This document shows, in pieces, positions 38,082-47,845 of a stretch of 64,000 nt of DNA. The DNA lies in the sequence record KU726251.1; one strand, 5' to 3'. Positions within the stretch are counted from its first letter, which is position 1; every line of letters begins with the position of its first letter. A program made the translations under genes and the position numbers. The notes under the pieces are model-generated. The model saw only the letters and a list, made by a program, of their open reading frames with translations. It made no database searches and had not been told where the DNA came from.

Positions 38082-38663
38082 ATGCCACAACCAATTATTG
38101 AACAACATGAAATGAACTACGAAGAACTGACCCGCCGCTATCGCGTGAAAGCCCCACGGGTAGTAGAAGGTTGCGAGAAATACAAAGAAGCAGACTTCGT
38201 GGTATTCCAACGCGAAGGTGTTCCGATGTTGGTGTTCGTAAAACACGTCACCACCGATAACGACGACCGTCTAGTGATGCTGTATAACGTGATGGCTACC
38301 GTACTAGATACCGATATTGGACTGTTACGTCGTTATAAATCATCCTACGAACAGAAAGCGAAGGTGGTTGCTTTTGACTTACCACGCACGGTACTAGTAG
38401 ATGGTTCCCGTCCGGCTATTCTTCGTTTTACGAAAAGTGAAGACGACAGTAACCCAGCGCATATCGTTCAGCCACTAACGCTGTCGCAAGATACGTTACA
38501 GCAGAACGGCGGGATGGATTGGCTAAACGTCATGTTACCGGGCCTAGCTGAAGGTCAGGAACTGCATCTGGTTTGCTACACCCCATCCGTCGAGCACACC
38601 TATGCGCGTTACCTTACCGAAGAACACGGTTTCCGTAACCACCGCGGTATTTACATTGCGTAA
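38082..38663 (+). CDS. Hypothetical protein
   Basis: 193-aa ORF in a co-oriented run. Confidence 0.65.
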   Translation: MPQPIIEQHEMNYEELTRRYRVKAPRVVEGCEKYKEADFVVFQREGVPMLVFVKHVTTDNDDRLVMLYNVMATVLDTDIGLLRRYKSSYEQKAKVVAFDLPRTVLVDGSRPAILRFTKSEDDSNPAHIVQPLTLSQDTLQQNGGMDWLNVMLPGLAEGQELHLVCYTPSVEHTYARYLTEEHGFRNHRGIYIA

Positions 38664-38672
38664 GGTGAGTGT

Positions 38673-39236
38673 ATGTTCCGTTTACTAGAAATTCGAAACG
38701 ATATCTGGCAAGAGCACATCCGCAACGATCCGGAGTGGGAAGGAGTTGAAAGTGATTTACCGGATAACCCCGACCAGCTGTTGGTGTTCCTTTATAGCGA
38801 TAAGGCCAAACAGATCAAGGGGATATTTGAACGCAAAACGACAAGCTTGTCGACCTTACTGAGCTGCATTTGCTGTGGCGTCAGTGAGCTTGATCCCAAT
38901 CTATTCGCCAACTATCTTGCGCGTAAAGTCCGTACACCGCTACTGGAGGTTACACTCCCGCCAGATATTCGTATCAGTAAAACCGTACCGACCGTTTTGC
39001 GTTTACAGGACGTGTCTGGTAGTAGCGACGACGGGGAAACAACGATTACTCTTTCCTCGTCAGAGAGTGAACTCGCAACCGAATCGTTTCTTAGCGAAGT
39101 CGATGCCGGATTAAAGCAGGACGTAATCGTCTATAATCTCGGCGGTGTGCCCATTGAGCCCATTTTACACTTCTTTGAAAGCCAAACCTGCCATCTCGTA
39201 GAAAGCTTAACATACCACTTTAAAGGAGCACTATGA
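38673..39236 (+). CDS. Hypothetical protein
   Basis: 187-aa ORF, RBS aaggtg. Confidence 0.65.
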   Translation: MFRLLEIRNDIWQEHIRNDPEWEGVESDLPDNPDQLLVFLYSDKAKQIKGIFERKTTSLSTLLSCICCGVSELDPNLFANYLARKVRTPLLEVTLPPDIRISKTVPTVLRLQDVSGSSDDGETTITLSSSESELATESFLSEVDAGLKQDVIVYNLGGVPIEPILHFFESQTCHLVESLTYHFKGAL

Positions 39237-39763
39237 TGAAACTCGAAGGCTACGTTGTTACTGATAAACCTTTTGCTGAAGCCAACCTGTCGCGTTCACA
39301 GGTTGTTTATAAAGACATCGACGTGCCTGCCGAAATCGTTAAAGCGAATCCCAGCTGGCTAATCAACCACGTTTCTTTGGAAATCACCAATCCGTTTATC
39401 AACGATCCAACCGACCCATTTGTCGACATGGGTAATTTCCGCGATATTCTTTCCCCACATCAATACCAGACAGTGGCACAGAAGAAAGGGAAGCTGCTCA
39501 CTGAAACGAATGAGTGGGAGCGTATCCAAGAGCGTCATCCTGAAAAGGGTTTGATGGAAATTTATCACCAACACCCTAAAGAGTTTGACAAATTACCTCT
39601 GTGGGCATCGGTGGCGTATAACTGCAGTGGGATATATGACCATCTGTTGCTGAGCGGATACGATGGCGCAATACACGCAGCCGAAGGCCCGCACACGCCG
39701 GTAACTGTTTATCACACATTTCACCCAGCGCGCATCACTTTCATCGAAACGTTGAGTGTGTAG
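39233..39763 (+). CDS. Divergent ART-PolyVal-like (ADP-ribosyltransferase fold) protein
   Basis: VSLEITNPF...LLSGYDGAI...YHTFHPARI resembles the ART-PolyVal pattern v.L.i.NP...GYDGi...y.vF.p.QI. The N-terminal HGT motif is not evident. Confidence 0.4.
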   Translation: MMKLEGYVVTDKPFAEANLSRSQVVYKDIDVPAEIVKANPSWLINHVSLEITNPFINDPTDPFVDMGNFRDILSPHQYQTVAQKKGKLLTETNEWERIQERHPEKGLMEIYHQHPKEFDKLPLWASVAYNCSGIYDHLLLSGYDGAIHAAEGPHTPVTVYHTFHPARITFIETLSV

Positions 39764-39768
39764 TTTAT

Positions 39769-39810
39769 CTCCAGTAACCACGAGGGTTACTGGAGTCCTC
39801 TTATTTTTTA
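39769..39810 (+). terminator. Intrinsic terminator
   Basis: ctccagtaacc-acgag-ggttactggag then tcctcttatttttt. Confidence 0.7.
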
Positions 39811-39833
39811 CACTTAACTCAAATTAATTTGAG

Positions 39834-40430
39834 GTGTGGTATATGACAGAACGTATTTTACGACTGCAAGAGAACAGGTTAGAAGACCTGCACGTAATGC
39901 GTAGTCGTGGCTTGTTCCCAGTGGGGCTTGACGTAAGTGGGTTAATAACTTCTGCGCAGCACGGGGACAAGGTCATTACAATGCATTCACGTGGGAACGA
40001 AGTGGTCTCTGCGATTTTCATCGATAAGGTTATTCCGGACTCGGAAAGTGGTAAGGTGGCGGGACACATCATTTACGAATACTTTCGCAGCATTCTATAC
40101 GAGGAAAAGATAAACGTCAAAACTTTTATGGAATACGCTAAGCGAAATAACTACATCGATGCGCGGCTGATGGTCACGGAAGGCACTCCAACTATAAACG
40201 GTAAAGTCCACCATCGTTTACTTGGAGCACAGTTGCCGAGACTAGGCGAGATACCAACGACGATAGAGCTGCACCAAAAAACAGATTGGCGACACAAAAT
40301 CGAAGTGCTTCACAAGCTTTACGATTTACCGATCGTTCAAATCAAACTGGTGGACTTTACGCCTGCAAATATGCAAATCGCTAAGCGCGCGTTGGGTTTT
40401 CGTATTCTTAACACAACCTTCACATTGTAA
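39834..40430 (+). CDS. Hypothetical protein
   Basis: 198-aa ORF, RBS gaggtg. Confidence 0.65.
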   Translation: MWYMTERILRLQENRLEDLHVMRSRGLFPVGLDVSGLITSAQHGDKVITMHSRGNEVVSAIFIDKVIPDSESGKVAGHIIYEYFRSILYEEKINVKTFMEYAKRNNYIDARLMVTEGTPTINGKVHHRLLGAQLPRLGEIPTTIELHQKTDWRHKIEVLHKLYDLPIVQIKLVDFTPANMQIAKRALGFRILNTTFTL

Positions 40431-40436
40431 AATATC

Positions 40437-40451
40437 TCAGATATATATTAC
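40437..40451 (+). promoter_or_regulatory. Candidate early (virion RNAP) promoter
   Basis: TCAGATATATATTAC contains an exact TATATTAC (40444-40451), the phiKZ early-promoter consensus. Confidence 0.55.
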
Positions 40452-40480
40452 CTAGGTGAGAGTTAAGAGATTAACTCAAT

Positions 40481-40509
40481 GGCTACCTTCGGGTAGCCTA
40501 TTCTTTTTT
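40481..40509 (+). terminator. Intrinsic terminator with C(UUCG)G loop
   Basis: ggctacc-ttcg-ggtagcc-tattctttttt. Confidence 0.8.
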
Positions 40510-40534
40510 AAACCAATCGACTGTAGAGCAAAAC

Positions 40535-40936
40535 ATGACTATCAAGAAGTTCTTACAAACAGTAGTAGTTCTGGCCGCATGTGGTATCGCAGCAACTTAT
40601 GCTTTCGATAAGCCAGACGTGACTGAATACGTATCAGCGGATTCCGATTACGGTATTGCACCGAATGAAAAACCGGAACTGATGCGTGAGGTCGAACAGT
40701 TACAAATCTACAAACTGACGGATGGTAAGAACTGCACAGGGCTGGTTATCGCTGATAAGAAACTGAAAATGTATCAGCGGTTAATCGACATATCGTGCGA
40801 TCAACCAAAAGTCACTTCGGTCAGCGTATCACCGTTGGAATTACCAGATCTGGTTGCTGTGAGTTTTTATCACAACGATGTACTCGTTGGTCGCATCACC
40901 CTCATTCGTGGAGATATCAAAAATGAAATGCAATAA
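40535..40936 (+). CDS. Secreted small protein (Cys-pair family, divergent member)
   Basis: Signal peptide MTIKKFLQTVVVLAACGIAATYA. NC...ISCD Cys pair. Confidence 0.65.
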   Translation: MTIKKFLQTVVVLAACGIAATYAFDKPDVTEYVSADSDYGIAPNEKPELMREVEQLQIYKLTDGKNCTGLVIADKKLKMYQRLIDISCDQPKVTSVSVSPLELPDLVAVSFYHNDVLVGRITLIRGDIKNEMQ

Positions 40937-41426
40937 CGTTAATCACCACCTGATTAAGGTGGTGCTTTTTACTGTGCTGTTGATGGTACTTGTTGTTGGG
41001 CTACGGATTTCTAAGGCGCACGCTGACGAATTCAGCGGGTTCCAGGGCAGTATTAACGGCAGCATTCCAGCATATACCCGCACCATCAATCTTAATGATA
41101 AGCCGTTCTGGTGCAATGCGCGTAAGCTGCTTAAGAAACAGTGTCGTGTAGTTGACATATCCTTCAACGGACGTGTCGCTATCGTACACCGTCCGGGCGA
41201 TAAAGATTGCCCAGGTGGTTGGTGGGGTGCAGTCGACCGTCACAACGGTGACGCGTTATGGCTTATCCCTAATCGTGATGAACTATCAGTGGAGAAAATT
41301 TGCAGCAAAGATTTCAGGGCCGGTTTTGTACAGCGACCGGATACCAAAACTCTGGCTCCATCGCTATGTACTACGGTATGGAAACTATCAAAACAATCGA
41401 CTATTCAGAATAACTCAAAAAATTGA
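40923..41426 (+). CDS. Secreted small protein (Cys-pair family)
   Basis: Hydrophobic N-terminus ending AHA. CRVVDIS...DCPGGWW...ICS. Confidence 0.7.
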   Translation: MKCNNVNHHLIKVVLFTVLLMVLVVGLRISKAHADEFSGFQGSINGSIPAYTRTINLNDKPFWCNARKLLKKQCRVVDISFNGRVAIVHRPGDKDCPGGWWGAVDRHNGDALWLIPNRDELSVEKICSKDFRAGFVQRPDTKTLAPSLCTTVWKLSKQSTIQNNSKN

Positions 41427-41435
41427 GGTGCTATT

Positions 41436-41846
41436 ATGAAACATTTTTTATTACCAGTTTTACTTGCTACTCTGGCCATTAGCTTCTTCGCTCGTGCTGG
41501 AAGTATCGAGTTACCAAAAGTTGTTAACGATCACGAATACGGCGGACAGTTCTGGTGCCAGAACTCTGACGTACAAGGCGGCAGCTGCCAGATCGTTGCG
41601 ATGTCCGATAACAACCGTTACCTGTTAGTGAAAACGATGGGCGGCGTCGCATGTGGCGACCCGGAATACGGGGTTATTAACATGGCAACCGGGCAAGCCG
41701 AATCCATGAACTATAATGATAACCAAGCCTGCAGTGGTGAAGCCGTTGCCGAGTTTACTCGCGACCCAGGCGATAATGCCCTGACGGTTATCATGTATGA
41801 CCCTACGATTAAGAAAAATGTAGGCATCAATAAACTCGACTTTTAA
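41436..41846 (+). CDS. Secreted small protein (Cys-pair family)
   Basis: Signal peptide ending ARA. CQIVAMS...ACGDPEY...ACS. Confidence 0.7.
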   Translation: MKHFLLPVLLATLAISFFARAGSIELPKVVNDHEYGGQFWCQNSDVQGGSCQIVAMSDNNRYLLVKTMGGVACGDPEYGVINMATGQAESMNYNDNQACSGEAVAEFTRDPGDNALTVIMYDPTIKKNVGINKLDF

Positions 41847-41859
41847 GTAAGGAAACAAC

Positions 41860-42243
41860 ATGCGTGGATTTATGGGTATTATCGTGGCGGTGTTCTTTAC
41901 CGCTTCTGCTTCAGCTACAACTAGCGTAGAAGATTTACTACCAGGCACACCGTATCAGTACAACCCGCCTTCGTTCGAAGTCTGTACTGGCGACGATGGT
42001 AGATGTGAAGAAGTCAGCCGGCACGACGAGTACATCCTAGTCCACGCAAAGGGCGAGGAAACTTGTCCGGCAGGTTACTACTTTCTGTTGAACTCAAAGG
42101 CACAAGAGATTGTGCCAGTAGAGACAATAACGTGCGACCCGACGCTTCGCGCGTCGCTCGCTTACAATACGAAAACCAAACAACGCCTCCTGGTTATTGA
42201 ACAGCAAGGGGTGGTGCGTGGTTCAGTAGCGCTCGACCAGTAA
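41860..42243 (+). CDS. Secreted small protein (Cys-pair family)
   Basis: Signal peptide ending ASA. CEEVSRH...TCPAGYY...TCD. Confidence 0.7.
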   Translation: MRGFMGIIVAVFFTASASATTSVEDLLPGTPYQYNPPSFEVCTGDDGRCEEVSRHDEYILVHAKGEETCPAGYYFLLNSKAQEIVPVETITCDPTLRASLAYNTKTKQRLLVIEQQGVVRGSVALDQ

Positions 42244-42366
42244 CCGAAAAGTTTTCAGACAGATGTTATAACGTGAGATGACGACCCATCTCACTTTGGC
42301 CCTGCGGTGATATCCCCAACACTTAGCCGCAGGGTCCTTTTTAATCGACTATTACTCGTAAGGATT

Positions 42367-42873
42367 ATGCAAATGAACATGAACATTCTCGACGATACCC
42401 GTTCTTCTTTCTTTACTCAGATGAACGTCAATCCCGAACGTACCCGTGCTATTCTTTCCACCGGCTGGAAATTAAAGCTGTTAGGCGAGTTAACCCTAAA
42501 CCGCACCGACTGGCCAGAAGAAGCAACCGTATTAATTAACACCATTCACAGCGAGTGGCTAGATGCTACTCTGAATGCCCCACAACTTCGCCCGTACTAC
42601 CGGATGCTTCATGCGGGTTATGAAGCATACCGTAAGGGCTGGTACGCTGCAGCCACTTATTGCAAAACCCCTGAAGGTCGTGAAGACAACACCGTCGACC
42701 ATGTATTGGTGAATAACTTCTGGGGCGACCAAATTGAAGTCTTGCAACTCTCTACCGGTGACCGCATTCCGGCCTGTGAGTTATTCGAAACTAACGCACA
42801 AATGTACGAACCGTATGCAATGATTCGTGGCCGTAAGGTCCCAATCATTTCCCTTATGCATATGGGGCTGTAA
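42367..42873 (+). CDS. Hypothetical protein
   Basis: ATG after aagga. Followed by terminator aggtagcc-tacg-ggctacct (42881-42900). Confidence 0.65.
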   Translation: MQMNMNILDDTRSSFFTQMNVNPERTRAILSTGWKLKLLGELTLNRTDWPEEATVLINTIHSEWLDATLNAPQLRPYYRMLHAGYEAYRKGWYAAATYCKTPEGREDNTVDHVLVNNFWGDQIEVLQLSTGDRIPACELFETNAQMYEPYAMIRGRKVPIISLMHMGL

Positions 42874-42927
42874 ATACGAGAGGTAGCCTACGGGCTACCT
42901 TCTTTTTTTGTTGAAGAAGGATTAAAC

Positions 42928-43554
42928 ATGAACGAGATTACCCTGATTCGTTTCATCGACGACATGGTGACGTGTCAGAAAGCGAATCGTCAGGATACCA
43001 AACTGCGTATCAATCTGATGGAAGAAGAGGTAGAAGGGTTTCTGGAATACCCGCGATTGGTGAAGTGGTTTAAAGAAGCACTGCCGCGTAGCTGGGGGCA
43101 GCTCGAAGCGTGGTTTGCTCTACCTATTGCAGAACGTAATCCCAATAATACGATCTTCACCGGAACTACTGCATTAGATTTGGCTGGTTCGGTGGAGCAA
43201 CCTAAACGTTTAGTTTTCTTCTACGTCAATGGCGATTCAATAATGGCTGATACAGTTAACTGGATTTCTGATGAGTTAACTGTAAACACCACTTTGGTCG
43301 GTAGCGCTGCTGATGCCTGGGTTGTTGGTCAGCACCAATCGCAACCGTACGAAGAAATCAAAACCGGTTATTTAATTCCGATATATCTCGACGGTGTAGC
43401 ACCCGGTCGTAGCGCTGAACTGTTCAAATTCCTGCTTACTGAAACGTTAAAGGTTGTCGATTCTGATGCCGGGCGTGCGTGGTATGAATTAACCAAAGAG
43501 CGCACCGACAGTTTTTGGGAATCGCTCGGACACCGTAAGTTTATTCCGCAGTAA
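42928..43554 (+). CDS. Hypothetical protein
   Basis: 208 aa, RBS aagga. Followed by a UUCG terminator at 43565-43584. Confidence 0.65.
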   Translation: MNEITLIRFIDDMVTCQKANRQDTKLRINLMEEEVEGFLEYPRLVKWFKEALPRSWGQLEAWFALPIAERNPNNTIFTGTTALDLAGSVEQPKRLVFFYVNGDSIMADTVNWISDELTVNTTLVGSAADAWVVGQHQSQPYEEIKTGYLIPIYLDGVAPGRSAELFKFLLTETLKVVDSDAGRAWYELTKERTDSFWESLGHRKFIPQ

Positions 43555-43650
43555 CTCTCCTCTCTGGAACCCTTCGGGGTTCCATTTCTTCTTTTTTACG
43601 CATGGCCTTTTGGATATGAACGACTAATACTTTCTCATTAGAAGGCAAAC

Positions 43651-46161
43651 ATGCTCAAGGTCGAACGTATCATTTTGAAAGGATTTACCGGCATGGGGTT
43701 ACACGAAATCGAAACGTTTGATTTCACCCTTAAGTCAACCGTTACCATCATCCTCGGTGGCAATGGTTGCGGTAAAACAAGCCTCCTGTCTGTTTTTCTC
43801 CCCTTAGCTCCAGCAAAATCTGAATTCCGCGAAGGCGGTTCTTACACTAACTACGCGTTAGTCGGGGACGACCGTCTTAAATTTGAAGTCCTGCGACGTG
43901 GGTCTTCTTTGTCTTGTAGTATTTTCAATATCACCAAAGGCGTCCCCATTGTGGACTCGGTAAACGCCAAAGTTTACAACTCCATGGTGGAGCAATTAAC
44001 CGGAATCACCAAAGAAATCAAAGAGTTAATTAATGGTGAGACCTTATTAACTGACGCCACTACCGAAGTTCGTCGTAAATGGTTTACGTTAATGTCAGAA
44101 TCTGATCTGACATACGTTGTTGGCTGCTATCGACGTTTGCGTAAACTCGCTTCCAGTTTAAGCGGGGCCATCGAACACACCGGACGAAAAATCGGCGAAG
44201 CAAAAATGCGCGTCGTTGACGATGAAGAAGATCGTGCACGTTTAGAAGTTCGTTTGAAAGAACTCGATGCTGAGCTTCAAGAATTAAACCGCACAATTGA
44301 AACAAGGCCCGGTTTAGATAACGCTGTTTCGGTTGACAGTATCCGGAAACGCATTGCTTCGTTGCAACCGGCTGTAAAACTCATTATGGAACGTTATGGC
44401 GTTCTGCCTTCTGACGAACTGATTAACGAGTTTCAAAGTCGTGTGGTTGCCTGGCGTGAGCAAGCTGCCTCCGCTGAAACTGAATGCAACATGTACAATA
44501 AAGAGTTGTCACAGCTACTGGATGAGGAGTCGCGTCAAACATATCTGATGCGCAACCATACCGGTCTAAAACAAACAATCGACAGCTTAAAACAGGAACT
44601 GGCAACGTTCCAACAGAACTGGATGTTCCCGGCTCTGTTTGAAGGTACCCGCATCGACGTGGATAGCATTCAGAACGCGTTAAACGATGCCTGTAACTGG
44701 AATTTACCGTTGTCCATGCATCTGGACCAGTTAAAGACAACAGAGCGCCTGGGAGCGTTAGAGAAGCGTTTACAGGGTATGGATTTAACCTCTGCGGGTC
44801 TATCTGAAAAGTTGCAACGTTGTGAGAATGTGCTACACGGTTTATACCACGACCGTCAACACTTCTTAGAAACTGCAGAAGTTGATTGTCCACAGTGTAA
44901 CCACCGTTTCCGTCCTGGGATTCGTAAGTCGTTACCTGAAATTGAAAAGGCCATCAACGATAATGAAGGTTGGAAAAAACAGCTGAAAGACGAAATGGAT
45001 AGTCTTTTGCGTGACCGCAAAGAGATCGAAGAGGACGTCCGTAGCCTACGTACGATTCGCGAAATTGTCATGTCGTATTCCAATCATCCCGTTGTCGGTT
45101 TGTTTTTCCGTAAACTGCAAGAGTTGGATATCTTCACCACGTCGCGGGATCGTTATGGTGCCATTGCACGTGCCTTTACCGAAGAGTTAGATTCGGCCAT
45201 GATGTATCTGCGTCAATCAGCGAAGCTTGCAACAGCGGAACGGGAATGGCAAGAGGCTGTTGCCGCAGTAGGTAATGTTGATGGTGCGCTGAGTCAGAAA
45301 ATTGAACATATCCGTTCACAACTAGACGGGGCTAACCGTCGACTGATAGAATACCGCAGACAAGCCAATGAGCTGGAACGCGAAACCATCCAACTGCAAC
45401 AAACCAAAGAAGCAATCGAACGTTTCCAAAAGGGCTACGAACATCTGGTATCGGAAATGAACATCTCCGTTAACAACGTCGTGGTTCGCGAGTTGTTAAA
45501 CCGACGCGAAGCGAAGCTCGATGCGTATACTTCAGCTCGTGAACGGTTTCGTCAAATGGAAGGGGCTATTGCACGTTTAGCGGAACTGGAAAAGGAACAA
45601 GCTGAACTGCTCAAAGAGCATCACCATGCCAGATTGATTATCAATGCCGTCTCCCCCGAAAAAGGATTATTGCGTCGTTACTTTTATGCTGCGATTACAC
45701 GCATCATGGATTTAATGAATCGGTATATCGAAATGGTGTGGGCATATCCGATGCAGGTTATTCCGTGCGATTTAACCGACGGGGATTTGGATTACACATT
45801 CCCGGTACGATTAAAAGACCATGAAGAACTGGTACCTGACGTGAAGAAAGGTTCAAAAGCACAGCGTATCATTTTCAACATGATGTTTCGTTTAACGGCG
45901 TATAAAGCACTTGGTTTACAAAATTATCCTTTGTTATTGGATGAACCATCTGAAGGCATGGATGAAGAACACAAAAACCGATTAGTTAACTTCATTAAAT
46001 CGTTGGCGTTGTCGGGAGAGTTTTCTCAATTGCTGGTCGTTTCGCATGAAGCGGAAGTTCATTCTAAACTTAACGAAGCCACCTACTGTGTCGTAGAACC
46101 AGAAGGTGTAACGCTTCCACCGGTGTATAACGAAGGGGTAATAATCAAATATGCATCATAA
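43651..46161 (+). CDS. SbcC/Rad50-like SMC-family ATPase (recombination/repair)
   Basis: Walker A GGNGCGKTS, long coiled coil with central CPQC zinc hook, Walker B LLLDEP, terminal VSH. Confidence 0.9.
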   Translation: MLKVERIILKGFTGMGLHEIETFDFTLKSTVTIILGGNGCGKTSLLSVFLPLAPAKSEFREGGSYTNYALVGDDRLKFEVLRRGSSLSCSIFNITKGVPIVDSVNAKVYNSMVEQLTGITKEIKELINGETLLTDATTEVRRKWFTLMSESDLTYVVGCYRRLRKLASSLSGAIEHTGRKIGEAKMRVVDDEEDRARLEVRLKELDAELQELNRTIETRPGLDNAVSVDSIRKRIASLQPAVKLIMERYGVLPSDELINEFQSRVVAWREQAASAETECNMYNKELSQLLDEESRQTYLMRNHTGLKQTIDSLKQELATFQQNWMFPALFEGTRIDVDSIQNALNDACNWNLPLSMHLDQLKTTERLGALEKRLQGMDLTSAGLSEKLQRCENVLHGLYHDRQHFLETAEVDCPQCNHRFRPGIRKSLPEIEKAINDNEGWKKQLKDEMDSLLRDRKEIEEDVRSLRTIREIVMSYSNHPVVGLFFRKLQELDIFTTSRDRYGAIARAFTEELDSAMMYLRQSAKLATAEREWQEAVAAVGNVDGALSQKIEHIRSQLDGANRRLIEYRRQANELERETIQLQQTKEAIERFQKGYEHLVSEMNISVNNVVVRELLNRREAKLDAYTSARERFRQMEGAIARLAELEKEQAELLKEHHHARLIINAVSPEKGLLRRYFYAAITRIMDLMNRYIEMVWAYPMQVIPCDLTDGDLDYTFPVRLKDHEELVPDVKKGSKAQRIIFNMMFRLTAYKALGLQNYPLLLDEPSEGMDEEHKNRLVNFIKSLALSGEFSQLLVVSHEAEVHSKLNEATYCVVEPEGVTLPPVYNEGVIIKYAS

Positions 46162-46843
46162 AGGTTGGCGCTTATGGGCTTGGTGGGGTTTTCAGTTCCT
46201 TCAGTTTGTTGTGATGGTACTGTACCTCTCCTTTTGTGCAGCCGTGGTGGTTATCGCTGCAGTTGTCTATTTAGCCTCTGCTCTTAAAGAACGCCTTTTT
46301 GACACGCGTTGTGAGTGGCGAGATATAGGAGAACGGACATGATTGAAGGTATCGTATTAACCGGTATTGCACTGTGGTTGATTCGTGGTGCCTGGGGTTG
46401 GATTATCCGCACGAAAGGATGGGCATTCCATGGCAAGACGTAAACCTGGTCGTTTAAAGTTTTGGGCAGTTGTGGTAATGCACACTGTGGTGCTACTCGG
46501 TATTTTCATGTCTCGCGCTACGCCTGCCTTTTGGGGCTTAGTTGTTTTGGTGTTCTTAGAAGGGGTTTACTTCGGTAATCTGTGGAGCAAGCCCCCGCGT
46601 TTAAGGGACCCGGCTTATGACAGTCGTGAATAGTGTCAACGCAGCCATGATTGCAACAGGTGCGTATGATGGTGCCACCTGGACAGACCTTGGCATTACG
46701 ATTATCATCTGTGCAATCGGAGCATTTCTGGCATCATGGTTATTTTAGTGAAGTGGGTTGGGTGTATCATCTGTAGTCTGGTACTAGGAGCAGGCGCATA
46801 CGCCCTAGGCGCAATCCTTGCATTGACGCAAGGTTGGTTTTAA
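46151..46843 (+). CDS. Run of five small overlapping membrane-peptide ORFs (46151..46342, 46339..46443, 46430..46633, 46617..46748, 46748..46843)
   Basis: Each has 1-2 hydrophobic helices. Starts and stops overlap. Confidence 0.5.
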
Positions 46844-46861
46844 CAGGAGGGTAATTACGAA

Positions 46862-47213
46862 GTGGGAGAAGTATCATGTAACAGTGAAACAGTCTCTGAT
46901 CCCGTGGTCGTGGGTTCAGGGGCGGCCGTGCCAACCCGGCGTATCGTTCTTTCGAGCGCGGGGATGGCTATAGGGTCTTCAAAGAACCTTCTAGCAGACA
47001 TCGCGGAAGTCTGCGGGCCGGATGATTTTGCAGTTTCACGTACAGTCGGGGAAGACTGGCGTGGTAATCAGAAGCGCCATGAGCGAATGTGGCGACGGAA
47101 GGTTACCTCAGCATCGCGACGTTTTCAACGTCGTTGCTGATTAAAGACACGGTTCCAATAGAGAACTGGTCTTCACCTCTGGCGGTATGCGCCGCTAAGC
47201 TTTACCGGTAAAC
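46862..47213 (+). CDS. Hypothetical protein, probably extended past 47140 by a 1-nt frameshift at ~47089
   Basis: RBS aggaggg. Restoring one G continues as MVATEGYLSIATFS...KLYR*. Confidence 0.45.
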
Positions 47214-47286
47214 TTAAGAAAACACAAACGCAATTCTTCGTTACTCGCTTTCATCGCAGGTGAAAGCTCACTTAGGAATTCAGCTC

Positions 47287-47775
47287 ATGGCCGAAATTGT
47301 TATTCTTTCCTCATCTTCAGATTTAACGGAAGCACAAAATAAACAGCTGTTGGGGCTGCATTATAAATTTCTGAACCACCAACGTACCATACTCCATATC
47401 GAAAAAGGTGAGATTCCGAACCTCACTCTGGAGAAACTGTTGGCGGGGAACCGTGCTTGTGTTGCTCTGGAAGGGGGTACCCCTGTTGGTTACTGTCTCT
47501 ATCGCGTAATCGCTGGGGTTCTGAAGATTCGTACGATGTTCGTGTCCGAAATGGCACGCCGTCGCAAAACGATGACGCAGATTTTTGATGCGCTTGATGT
47601 GAATGAAAAGTTCACCAGTGCGCATGGGGGAATATACGCTTGCCAGGAAGCTGGTATTGCGTTCTTTACCGCTCGCGGTTTTGACAAGACCGTCTCTACA
47701 GACGGACAATGGCTTGAATTTACGAAGCAGGTTCCTGCGGAAGCAGATGAACCTTTAAGGACTGCGGTAGCATAG
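47287..47775 (+). CDS. GNAT-family acetyltransferase
   Basis: PVGYCLY...KIRTMFVSEMARRRKTMTQIFDAL...AGIAFFTARGF corresponds to GNAT motifs A and B. Confidence 0.7.
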   Translation: MAEIVILSSSSDLTEAQNKQLLGLHYKFLNHQRTILHIEKGEIPNLTLEKLLAGNRACVALEGGTPVGYCLYRVIAGVLKIRTMFVSEMARRRKTMTQIFDALDVNEKFTSAHGGIYACQEAGIAFFTARGFDKTVSTDGQWLEFTKQVPAEADEPLRTAVA

Positions 47776-47845
47776 TCCTGTTTTAGCACTCCTTACGATT
47801 ATGCCTCACTATGAGTGGGGTATTTTTACGCGAGGAGTGCTATTT

